A stretch of 64,000 nucleotides of DNA. Source: an uncultured Aliarcobacter sp. (GTDB taxonomy: Bacteria; Campylobacterota; Campylobacteria; Campylobacterales; Arcobacteraceae). The DNA is taken from NCBI GenBank assembly GCA_963664305.2, contig CAXXLV010000001.1, positions 576,001-640,000 on the forward strand, read 5' to 3'. The position numbers were made by a program, and so were the translations under genes. Numbering within the stretch: position 1 is the first letter of the stretch; every line of letters starts with the position of its first letter. Positions 31,480-40,736 of this stretch are shown here, one piece after another. Below the pieces are notes generated by a model. That model was not told where the DNA came from and searched no databases. It saw only the letters and a program-made list of their open reading frames with translations.

Positions 31480-33213
31480 TTAGAAGAATCCAACTTTTGT
31501 TTCACTGTCAAATTGACCTTTTTGTTCTTTAGTAATTTGCTCTTTAAAATCTTCTAGTTTGAAAATTGGTTCATCACTAATTGCAATTTTGTAAGCTGTA
31601 TTTTTAATTACTAATTCTATTTGTCCACCAGTTAACTCATATTTTGCAAGTTCTTCAATATCAAAATCTTTTTCTAAAGGAAGATTTGCAGGAATTAGTT
31701 TTTTCCAAAGCTCAATTCTTTGGCTTTTATTTGGTTTTACAAATTCAATTTTATAGTTAAATCTTCTTGAAAATGCTTTATCTAAGTTTTCAAGTAAGTT
31801 TGTTGTTGCGATTAAAATTCCATCAAATCTCTCTATTTGCTCTAAAAAAATATTTTGCATTTGATTGTGCATTTTATCACTACTACTCATTCCACCTTGC
31901 GCCCTTGAACTTAAAAATTGGTCTGCTTCATTTAAAAGTAAAACTGGTTCAGATTTTGTTTGAGCTCTTAGTTCATAATATTTATCAAAAATATTTCTTA
32001 CATTTTTTTCACTCTCACCAATATACATTGATAAAATTTTTGAACAATCAAAACTAATAACCTCTTTTTTAAGTGATTTTGCAAGGGCAAGTGCTGTTAA
32101 AGTTTTTCCAGTTCCTGCAACTCCATAAAAGATTATTTTAGCTTCAATTCCTTTTTTCTTATCTTTGATTCCCCAATGTTTTAATCTATTGATTACATTT
32201 TTGTCAACTTGTTTTAAAAGAGCATCTAAAGTCTCTTTTGTTTTTTCATTTAAAATAACATCATCCAAACTTTTTGTTGTTGTTATTAACTCAAACATAT
32301 CTTGTTCTTTGATTACTGTATCAAGTTTTATTTTTCCAACACTTGGACTTTTTTTAGTTGGATGAGAAATTTTATATAAAACTTCATCAGGAATATAAAA
32401 ATTTCTATTAATCCCACCAAATGGAGTTAAAACCTCATCGTAATCAATTAAAGATTTCGAAACTAAAGTTGAACTCTCTTCTAATAAACTTCTATATTTT
32501 ATCTTTTCATAATCATCACTAGAAATTAATTCAATTAAAGAGTTCATATCTCTTAAACTTCCATCTCCACCTGAATATTCCTCTTTTAATAAGGCTAAAA
32601 ATAGAGTTTGTTCTTGTTCATTTAAGCCATTGTCTTTAAAAAAGTCTTCAAGCATTATAGAGTTATTTGTAACTTTAATTCTCTCTTTTATTCTATTTTC
32701 CAATAAAAGTAATTTTGATTTTAATCTATTTGAACTAGGACTATTTACATCAAAGTTTTTTCTAACTACATTTAATTGTTGAGCTAAATCTATTCTAAAA
32801 AATTGGTCTTGTAAATATTCCAAATGGTCACTATAATTTTTAATTTCAGGAAGAACAAAATCATTACTTCCATTTTCCAACATTTTTAAATATGCACTAG
32901 AAAGAGAAACACTTGAGTTTATAAGCTCTAATTTTGAAACTTCACTAAGTTTTACTTGGTCAAATGAAACTTGAACTAACCATCCAAACTCTAAAAGAGA
33001 TTTAATCAAATCCAATTTTTCTAAATGCTTATAATTTTTTATATCATAAAACTCAGCCAAAATATCAATTACGCCTAAAGTATCTCTACCATTTACATAC
33101 TCTTTTGACATAAATTGTAAAATTTTTGCCTCTTCTGCAGAACATTTTAATTGTGCAAAAAAGTTTGTCTTCTCAACATCAGCTGCTTTTATAAAATTAA
33201 TTACTTCTTTCAT
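31480..33213 (-). CDS. AAA+ family ATPase with long N-terminal region
   Basis: Walker A GVAGTGKT, variant Walker B LLLNEAD, second region of homology ATTN...LDKAFSRRF. Confidence 0.9.
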   Translation of the reverse strand: MKEVINFIKAADVEKTNFFAQLKCSAEEAKILQFMSKEYVNGRDTLGVIDILAEFYDIKNYKHLEKLDLIKSLLEFGWLVQVSFDQVKLSEVSKLELINSSVSLSSAYLKMLENGSNDFVLPEIKNYSDHLEYLQDQFFRIDLAQQLNVVRKNFDVNSPSSNRLKSKLLLLENRIKERIKVTNNSIMLEDFFKDNGLNEQEQTLFLALLKEEYSGGDGSLRDMNSLIELISSDDYEKIKYRSLLEESSTLVSKSLIDYDEVLTPFGGINRNFYIPDEVLYKISHPTKKSPSVGKIKLDTVIKEQDMFELITTTKSLDDVILNEKTKETLDALLKQVDKNVINRLKHWGIKDKKKGIEAKIIFYGVAGTGKTLTALALAKSLKKEVISFDCSKILSMYIGESEKNVRNIFDKYYELRAQTKSEPVLLLNEADQFLSSRAQGGMSSSDKMHNQMQNIFLEQIERFDGILIATTNLLENLDKAFSRRFNYKIEFVKPNKSQRIELWKKLIPANLPLEKDFDIEELAKYELTGGQIELVIKNTAYKIAISDEPIFKLEDFKEQITKEQKGQFDSETKVGFF

Positions 33214-33220
33214 TTATCTC

Positions 33221-33565
33221 CTATAATTTCTCTTTTAGTTTTCCTAAAAAAAGGTTTAAATCATTTTTATCTCTAAACTCTAAAACAAAATCTTCTACTA
33301 AAATTTTTGTCTCTTTTGTGTCAATATTTTTAATATCTTTGTATTTTATAGTTTTTGAATTTTTATCTATATCAACAATAAAACTATTATCTATTTCAAC
33401 TAAGCTATCTTCACATAAAGCCTTATATGAACCTCGTGAATAAACATATTCTTTGCAATTACTGTTCTTTAAATATTCTTCAATTTTATCTAAATTAGAG
33501 TGGTTATGAACATTTAAAGAGATGACTACAATTGCAATTACTAGAAACAATCCAATAAAAATCAT
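33221..33565 (-). CDS. Membrane-anchored hypothetical protein
   Basis: N-terminal hydrophobic helix, AAAGGAAG SD, 7 bp upstream of the AAA gene. Confidence 0.75.
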   Translation of the reverse strand: MIFIGLFLVIAIVVISLNVHNHSNLDKIEEYLKNSNCKEYVYSRGSYKALCEDSLVEIDNSFIVDIDKNSKTIKYKDIKNIDTKETKILVEDFVLEFRDKNDLNLFLGKLKEKL

Positions 33566-33665
33566 TTAAACTTCCTTTAAATTTAATATAATACAGCAAC
33601 ATCTCTTAACTACAAATGAATAAAAAAATGCTAAAATGCACCACATATTAATAAAAAGGAATGTT

Positions 33666-34280
33666 ATGTTTAAGCAAATTACTTATTTTGCAAAATTTTC
33701 TCTACTTCTTTTTTTACTAAATGGTTGTTCAAGCCATAATGAAGCGATGAAAGTTTTGCCAAATGAATTATCTATTGCAGATGATTGTAGAAATCCAAAT
33801 AAACAATTTGAAATGGATTGTTATGATTTAATTTCTTACAAAAATAGTTTTGCCCAATTAAGACTTGGTTTATATGCTCAATATAAAGGTAATTTCCAAG
33901 AAGCATTCCAAAGATACAATCTTGCAAAAGAAAAAGGTAACTTCTATGCAAATTCATTAATTGCTGATTTATACAATAATGGCTTTGGTGTAAATAAAGA
34001 TGAAGATAAAATGATTGATTTACTAGAAGATGTAAAAAATGTTGACCCTGTTGCAGCATTTAAATTATCATTTTATTATTTATCAAAAGATAAGGTTAAA
34101 GAGGCTTTAGAGCTACTTACTTATGCAGCTGAAAATGGTGTTAAAGATGCTCAAAATCAATTAGCTATTATTTACTCAAATGGTCAATATATTGAACCAG
34201 ATTTAGAAAAAAGTTCTTATTGGAATACCCAACATGAAGAGGGAACTGAAAATTTTATAAATAAAATATATGGAATATAA
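33666..34280 (+). CDS. Sel1/TPR-repeat lipoprotein, copy 1
   Basis: Lipobox LLNGC; Sel1-like repeats (LYNNGFGVNKD, IYSNGQYIEPD); start moved to ATG 33666 after AAAAGGA SD. Confidence 0.8.
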   Translation: MFKQITYFAKFSLLLFLLNGCSSHNEAMKVLPNELSIADDCRNPNKQFEMDCYDLISYKNSFAQLRLGLYAQYKGNFQEAFQRYNLAKEKGNFYANSLIADLYNNGFGVNKDEDKMIDLLEDVKNVDPVAAFKLSFYYLSKDKVKEALELLTYAAENGVKDAQNQLAIIYSNGQYIEPDLEKSSYWNTQHEEGTENFINKIYGI

Positions 34281-34928
34281 ATGTTAAAACAAATTATGCT
34301 TTCAATTAGTGCTGTTTTTTTATTTACAGCATGCTCGTTTAAAATGCCAAGTTTTGACTTGTTTTCTTTTTCAGATTCAGATGATTATGCTGAGTTATTA
34401 AAAGAAGCAAATAGTTGTCAAGAAATTGAAAATGAAGAAACAAAATTAAGTTGTTATAAAAAAATAGAAAATAAAAATTCATTTGCTCAAATTAGATTAG
34501 GAACTTATTACGCAAATAAAAAAGAGTATAAAGACGCTTTAAAATATCTAAACCAAGCAAAAGAGAATGAAAATGTTTATGCAAATCTTCCTATTGCCTT
34601 TTTATATTATAAAGGTGATGGTGTTACAAAAAATTTAGATAAATCTTTTGAATTATTAAAAGAATCAAGTGATATTGACCCAATTGCAGCTTATCAATTA
34701 TCAAGATTTTATCTGCAAGGTATTAACACTAAAGTTGATAATGAAAAAGGTATAGAATTATTAAATTTTGCTGCATCAAAAAATGTTCGTCCAGCACAAG
34801 AAATTCTTATTAATGCTTATAAAACAGGATTATTTAGCCAACCTAAAGACCAAGTAAAAGTTGAATTCTGGCAGAAAAAAATCAAAGAAAATGTAGAAGA
34901 TACTAATTATAAAATTTACAAATTCTAA
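34281..34928 (+). CDS. Sel1/TPR-repeat lipoprotein, copy 2
   Basis: Lipobox FTAC; LYYKGDGVTKN and FYLQGINTKVD repeats. Confidence 0.82.
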   Translation: MLKQIMLSISAVFLFTACSFKMPSFDLFSFSDSDDYAELLKEANSCQEIENEETKLSCYKKIENKNSFAQIRLGTYYANKKEYKDALKYLNQAKENENVYANLPIAFLYYKGDGVTKNLDKSFELLKESSDIDPIAAYQLSRFYLQGINTKVDNEKGIELLNFAASKNVRPAQEILINAYKTGLFSQPKDQVKVEFWQKKIKENVEDTNYKIYKF

Positions 34929-34937
34929 AAAATAGAT

Positions 34938-35516
34938 TTACTTTTTTTCCAAACCATGGAAAAAAAGTTCTATTGTATCTCTTACTATATTTTTTGTATC
35001 ATATTTTTCAATCAAATAACTCTCAATAAATCCATCTGATAACTTTTTAAATAGTGTTGATATATGTTTATAATTCATATTTTCATTTGGGTACATTTTT
35101 TTAAATTGTCTTATTAAATACTCATAAATTTCATCAACTATTTTATGATTTGAAATATCTAATTTATGGAAAAAATATGGGTCATTTGTCAAAGTTTCAT
35201 CTCTATTTTTATCTATTTGAATAAAAATCTCATATTTACAAGCAAGATAAAGTTCTAAATTCTCTTTTGGATTAGAAGTCTCTTTCTCTTTTAATTTCTC
35301 TAAAAAATTTTGTAGTTTTAAAATCAAATACTCTAAATATAAATCATCTTTAGAATTAAAAAGATTGTAAATAGTTCCAACCGATGTTTCTAACTCTTTT
35401 GCCAAATGTGATATCTTAAAATTTTTATAACCACTTTTATCAAAATAATCAGCTGCAGCTTTTAAATATAAATCTTTTTTAACTTTGTTTAATTCATCAT
35501 TTATTTTATTTTTCAT
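34938..35516 (-). CDS. TetR/AcrR family transcriptional regulator
   Basis: HTH: F..SGY..FKISHLAKELETSVGTIYNLFNSKDDLY. Confidence 0.92.
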   Translation of the reverse strand: MKNKINDELNKVKKDLYLKAAADYFDKSGYKNFKISHLAKELETSVGTIYNLFNSKDDLYLEYLILKLQNFLEKLKEKETSNPKENLELYLACKYEIFIQIDKNRDETLTNDPYFFHKLDISNHKIVDEIYEYLIRQFKKMYPNENMNYKHISTLFKKLSDGFIESYLIEKYDTKNIVRDTIELFFHGLEKK

Positions 35517-35655
35517 TTATATCCATATTTTTATTGCGATTATAATTTATTTATTATTAAAAGCAAGAATGAACAATAACTAATATTTTGAACTTAATTC
35601 ATTATTAAGGATATTTGATTTAAAATCCATTTCACTTTAAAAACCTAGGATTATA

Positions 35656-36273
35656 ATGAATTTAAATCCACAAATAAAAATCAAACTTCTAAGAGATATA
35701 AAAACTGACGCACTTTTAATTTATATTAAAACAGTTATTGAAGAACTTCTTGAAAACATAAAAAAAAATGATTATCAAATTGATTTAGGATATGAAGATT
35801 TTAATAAAGAGATAGAAGAGAATATAAGAAATCTAAACAATGAATTGAGTTTAACAATTATCAATGCGTATGAACTAAAAGCTTTTATTTCGTATCAACA
35901 ATTCAAAAATAAAAACAATAAACTTTTACCAAATGATGAAGCTCTTATTTTTTATTATAATGCACTTGTAAAACAAATTGAAAGTCACTTAATTGAAGGT
36001 GCACTTTGGATTCCTGAACAAATCATCTTATCACTACTTAGTGAATGGATTTTGGAAGAAGAAAAATGTATAGATTTTTACCCTTTTCTAAAAAACTTTG
36101 ATTATTTAAAACTACTTAGTTTTTATGAAATAGCAAGAAACAATGAGCAAAATCCACATCTAAGAGAAAATATCACTAAAATGTATAAAATCTCTTCTTC
36201 TATGATTGATAAACTAAAAAATAGTAAATACAAAATAAATACTACAAGAAAATCAAAGGTAAGAAAAAAATGA
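35656..36273 (+). CDS. Hypothetical protein (205 aa)
   Basis: Long ORF, AGGA SD, ATGA overlap with the downstream gene; no family recognised. Confidence 0.75.
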   Translation: MNLNPQIKIKLLRDIKTDALLIYIKTVIEELLENIKKNDYQIDLGYEDFNKEIEENIRNLNNELSLTIINAYELKAFISYQQFKNKNNKLLPNDEALIFYYNALVKQIESHLIEGALWIPEQIILSLLSEWILEEEKCIDFYPFLKNFDYLKLLSFYEIARNNEQNPHLRENITKMYKISSSMIDKLKNSKYKINTTRKSKVRKK

Positions 36274-37895
36274 AAAACAACATCTTATCTGGATTAACAG
36301 TTGGAATTATTGCACTTCCTTTGTCAATGGCTTTAGCAATTGCAACAGGAGTTCCACCTCAACTTGGACTTTATACAGCAATAATTGCAGGAGTATTTGC
36401 TGCTGTATTTGGAAGTAGTAAAATAAATATATCAGGACCAACAGCAGCTTTTGTAGTTATTTTAATCCCTATAGTTCAACAGTTTGGAATAACTGGACTT
36501 TTACTTTGTGGATTGTTATCTGGAATAATTTTAGTTTTAATTGGTGTTTTAAAATTAGGTACTTTAATAGAATTAATTCCATATCCTGTAACTGTAGGTT
36601 TTACTTCTGGAATTGCTGTTGTAATTGCAACTTTTCAAATAAAAGATTTTTTTGGTTTAAATATTGCAAATTTTGAAGGAAATTATTTAGACAAAATATA
36701 TTTAATATTTAGCTCATTTCACACTATTAGTTTTGATGAACTTTTTACAGGAGTTTTAACTCTTGTTTTACTAATTTTATGGCAAAAAACAAAAAGTAAA
36801 ATTCCTGCTGCATTAATTGCTCTTTTATTTTCAACAATGATTGTAACTTTTTTAAATATTTATATTCCAAATATTGATATTGCTACAATATCATCAACTT
36901 TTCATTATAAAATTGGTGAACTTGAAGGAAATGGTATTCCTCCAATTCCACTACAATTTTCTCTTCCTTGGTCTTTTTTAAAACCTGAAGAGATAAATTT
37001 TGATTTAATTTATAAACTTCTTCCCCATGCAATTGCAATATCAATATTAGGAGCTTTAGAATCACTTTTATGTGCAGTTATTAGTGATGGTATGACAGGA
37101 AATAAAACTAATCCAAACAAAGAGTTAATTGGTCAAGGAATTACAAATATTGTTGTTCCTTTTTTTGGAGGAATTCCAGCAACTGCTGCAATTGCAAGAA
37201 CAGTTGTAAATATTAAAGCAGGTGCTACTTCAAAAGAATCATCTATAGTTCACTCTTTATTCATTTTAGTAGCAATTACTTTTATATCAACATATCTTTC
37301 ATATTTACCTATGGCTTCACTTTCAGCACTTTTATTAATGGTTGCTTGGAATATGTCAGAAGTTAAACACTTCATAAATATTTTAAAAGTTGCTCCAAAA
37401 AATGATGTTTATGTATTACTTACTTGTTTTATTTTAACAGTTTTAATAGATATGCAAGTTGCAGTTGCAGTTGGAATTGGGCTTGCCTCAATTTTATTTA
37501 TAAAAAGAACTATCGACTTATATTCTATTGAATTAGTAAATACAAAAAATTTAACTGTTCATCCAGATATACCTGAAAATATCTCTATTTATGATATCAA
37601 TGGACCAATGTTTTTTGGAGCAGCTCAAAATGCTTTAAAGACTCTTTTAAATTCAAATGAAGATACAAATATAGTTATTCTAAATATGAAAAATGTAACT
37701 ATGATAGATATGACAGCAATGGTTGCACTTAAATCAATAATTGATAATTTTAAAAATAGAAAAAAGAATTTAGTTTTTTGTGGAATAAATAATAGAATAT
37801 TAAAAAAATTAGAAAAAGCAAATTTCAAATTTAATGAAGAATACGAAAACTTTTCATCATTAGATGATGCCATAACATTTGCAAAACTTTTGTAG
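36270..37895 (+). CDS. dauA: SulP/SLC26 family transporter, DauA-like, with STAS domain
   Basis: GLTVGIIALPLSMALAI, SGPTAAFVVIL, ESLLCAV, INGPMFFGAA. Confidence 0.82.
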   Translation: MKNNILSGLTVGIIALPLSMALAIATGVPPQLGLYTAIIAGVFAAVFGSSKINISGPTAAFVVILIPIVQQFGITGLLLCGLLSGIILVLIGVLKLGTLIELIPYPVTVGFTSGIAVVIATFQIKDFFGLNIANFEGNYLDKIYLIFSSFHTISFDELFTGVLTLVLLILWQKTKSKIPAALIALLFSTMIVTFLNIYIPNIDIATISSTFHYKIGELEGNGIPPIPLQFSLPWSFLKPEEINFDLIYKLLPHAIAISILGALESLLCAVISDGMTGNKTNPNKELIGQGITNIVVPFFGGIPATAAIARTVVNIKAGATSKESSIVHSLFILVAITFISTYLSYLPMASLSALLLMVAWNMSEVKHFINILKVAPKNDVYVLLTCFILTVLIDMQVAVAVGIGLASILFIKRTIDLYSIELVNTKNLTVHPDIPENISIYDINGPMFFGAAQNALKTLLNSNEDTNIVILNMKNVTMIDMTAMVALKSIIDNFKNRKKNLVFCGINNRILKKLEKANFKFNEEYENFSSLDDAITFAKLL

Positions 37896-37923
37896 TTTAA
37901 AAGTAAAACTCTTTTAAACTACA
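37891..37923. terminator. Probable bidirectional terminator
   Basis: TGTAGTTTAAAAG-7nt-CTTTTAAACTACA, 13-bp stem between convergent stops. Confidence 0.65.
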
Positions 37924-38135
37924 CTATCTACTTCAAAATGGAAATAGTCCTCAATATTACTTGAAAGAAAATCAACATAATCTTTTGAAATTATCTCATA
38001 ATTCAAAGCTATTAGCTCATTTAAAAGACTAACCTTTTTATAATCTTGAGATAACAACTTTGGGAATTTTTGACTTAATTCTTTTACTGTAATTACAGTA
38101 TCTAAATAATCATTTGGATTAAATGGCTTTTTCAT
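37914..38135 (-). CDS. Small hypothetical protein (73 aa)
   Basis: AAGG SD; fills the gap downstream of nfo. Confidence 0.65.
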   Translation of the reverse strand: MKKPFNPNDYLDTVITVKELSQKFPKLLSQDYKKVSLLNELIALNYEIISKDYVDFLSSNIEDYFHFEVDSVV

Positions 38136-38183
38136 TAATTTACCTTAAATTTTAAAAAGCCTATACATTTCCTATTCCCTAAA

Positions 38184-39029
38184 TTAATTTTCCACTAAAT
38201 CATATAAAGCTTTAATCTCTTGTGCCCAAATCTCTTCATTTATTGTTTCAAGAACTAACGGTATATCATCCATTCTATCATCATTCATTATAAATTTAAA
38301 AGCATCCCATCCAATTTGTCCACATCCTAAACTATCATGTCTATCTACCCTACTTCCAAGTTCAGGTTTAGAATCATTTATGTGCATTCCCATTAAATAG
38401 TTTCTACCTACAATTTCGTCAAAAAGGTTCCATGTTTTATCATAAGTTTCTCTTGTTCTTATATCATAACCAGCTGTAAACATATGACATGTGTCTATAC
38501 AAACGCCTACTCTACTCTTGTCTTCAATTTTATCAATTATGTAAGCTAAATGTTCAAACTTATATCCAAGATTACTTCCTTGACCTGCTGTGTTTTCAAT
38601 CACTAGTTTTACATCTTTTGTAGCATCAATTGCTCTGTTCATTGATTCTGCAATATTGTTTAAACACTCATCTTCAGATATCTTTCTTAAATGTGAACCT
38701 GGATGAAAATTTAATCTATCTAAACCTAAAATTTCACATCTTTCTAATTCATGAATAAAACTATCTAAAGACTTTGCTCTTGCATCAGTTTCAGGATGCC
38801 CTAAATTTATTAGATAACTATCATGAGGTAAGATATGTTTTGGTTGAATTTTTGATTTTTCTAATTCTTTAAACCATTTATCTATAGTTTTACTATCTAA
38901 CTCTTTAGCTGTCCATTGTCTTTGATTTTTTGTAAAAAGAGCAAAAGCTTTTGCCCCAATTTCAACTGCATTAATTGGTGCATTATAAACTCCACCACTT
39001 GCACTTACATGAGCTCCAACAAATTTCAT
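38184..39029 (-). CDS. nfo: Endonuclease IV
   Basis: [37 protein letters not shown]. Confidence 0.97.
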   Translation of the reverse strand: MKFVGAHVSASGGVYNAPINAVEIGAKAFALFTKNQRQWTAKELDSKTIDKWFKELEKSKIQPKHILPHDSYLINLGHPETDARAKSLDSFIHELERCEILGLDRLNFHPGSHLRKISEDECLNNIAESMNRAIDATKDVKLVIENTAGQGSNLGYKFEHLAYIIDKIEDKSRVGVCIDTCHMFTAGYDIRTRETYDKTWNLFDEIVGRNYLMGMHINDSKPELGSRVDRHDSLGCGQIGWDAFKFIMNDDRMDDIPLVLETINEEIWAQEIKALYDLVEN

Positions 39030-39343
39030 AATTTTTCCTATTTTTTTTTGATAATTTTGTAATATTTTTTGATGAATATATATTCATAAGTTTTTATGAT
39101 TATATTTAAAAGTAACATTTATAAACATTAGCCATTAAATTTTTCAACTTTTCTCAATTTTTATATTATCCTAAAAAGGCTAAGTATAGAATTATCAATA
39201 ATTTATTATATGCTATATGTAGGCTATAAATTTTTTGTAAAATTTCAAACAAAATATACTAAAAATGTTATTATTGGGAACAAAAAATGCAAAATCTAAA
39301 ATTTTGCAAGGAATTAAATAAAATTGTTAAAAGGTGAATCTTT

Positions 39344-40546
39344 ATGAAGAAAGTTGTAATTATTGGTGGTGGTTATGCAGGAATATATGCATTAAGAGAG
39401 TTGGTGAAGAATAAAAATATAAAAATTACATTGATTGATAAACATACATATCATAACTTACAACCCGAAGTTTATGATTTAATTGCAAATAAATCAACAT
39501 TTGCAGATGTTACAATCGATTTAACTACTTTATGTAGAGGGTTTAATCATAACCATTTAGAATTTAAAAACTTAAAAGTTCGAAAAATTGACCAACATGC
39601 TAAAAAAATATATACAGAAGAACAAGAAATTGTTGAATTCGACTATTTGATTATGGCAGCAGGAACAAGAACTTTCTTCCCTTCAAGTATTCCTGGTCTT
39701 AACAATGCAGATGACATAAAAAAACTTCATAGAGCAATCACATTTAAACAAAGTTTTGAAAGACAACTTTTTGAAAAAATTAGAGATGAAGCAAAACAAT
39801 GTGCAGATACACATATCGTTGTAGTTGGAGCTGGACTTTCAGGAGTTGAAATTGCAGCTGAAATGGCTTACTATTCAAATAAATTTTTCGAAAGGGGAAA
39901 TTTCTCTTGCGACAATTTAAAAATCTCAATCATCAGTAGTTCAGCATCTATTCTTCCTGGATTAAAACAAGAGCTTATAAATATTTCTCAACAAAGATTA
40001 AGAGCATTAGGAATAAATATTATCACAAATACTAAACTTCAAAAAGTTGAAGATGGTTACTGTATCTTATCTAATGGAACAAAAATCAATCACTCATTTG
40101 TTGTATTTACAGGAGGGGTTGAAGCTTCAACTATTACATCTGAACTTGATGATGTTGCAAAAAATGGTAGAGGTCAAATCATTGTTAATGAATATATGCA
40201 AACAGATAAATATGAAAATATTTTCGCTATTGGAGATATTGCAGAGATTAGAAATCTTCAAGGTGAAATTATGCCTCCAAATGTTACTGTTGCAAGAATC
40301 AGTGGAACAAATGCAGGTAAAAACGTATTAAATATGATAAATAGTAAATCTTTACAAAAATGTGATCCAAAACTTGATGGTATTTTAATTGCTCTTGGTG
40401 GGCAATATGCAGCAGGTGATATTTACGGATTATTAACTGTAAAAGGAAGACTTGCTTACGAAATTAAAAAATATGTATTTAGTTCATATAGAAAACCTTT
40501 AATTAAATTAATCAAAAAAGGTTATGCAAAACTTAAAAAATTGTAA
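39344..40546 (+). CDS. NDH-2-like NAD(P)/FAD-dependent oxidoreductase
   Basis: Two dinucleotide motifs (GGGYAG; GAGLSGVEIAAE) and IFAIGD. Confidence 0.8.
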   Translation: MKKVVIIGGGYAGIYALRELVKNKNIKITLIDKHTYHNLQPEVYDLIANKSTFADVTIDLTTLCRGFNHNHLEFKNLKVRKIDQHAKKIYTEEQEIVEFDYLIMAAGTRTFFPSSIPGLNNADDIKKLHRAITFKQSFERQLFEKIRDEAKQCADTHIVVVGAGLSGVEIAAEMAYYSNKFFERGNFSCDNLKISIISSSASILPGLKQELINISQQRLRALGINIITNTKLQKVEDGYCILSNGTKINHSFVVFTGGVEASTITSELDDVAKNGRGQIIVNEYMQTDKYENIFAIGDIAEIRNLQGEIMPPNVTVARISGTNAGKNVLNMINSKSLQKCDPKLDGILIALGGQYAAGDIYGLLTVKGRLAYEIKKYVFSSYRKPLIKLIKKGYAKLKKL

Positions 40547-40561
40547 TTTCTACTTACAATT

Positions 40562-40606
40562 AAAAGTAAAGTAAAATATCAATATCTATTGATATTTACT
40601 ACTTTT
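40562..40606 (+). terminator. Long imperfect hairpin after the NDH-2-like gene
   Basis: AGTAAAATATCAATA-tc-TATTGATATTTACT followed by a T run. Confidence 0.6.
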
Positions 40607-40736
40607 TATAAATCAACTTTTGATAAAAATCTAAAAAAATCACATAAATTATATAAAAATTACACATTTTATTACAGAAATTAAAAAAACAAGTGATAGA
40701 ATTAAGATTAACTTAATAAAAAAACAAAGAGGTATT

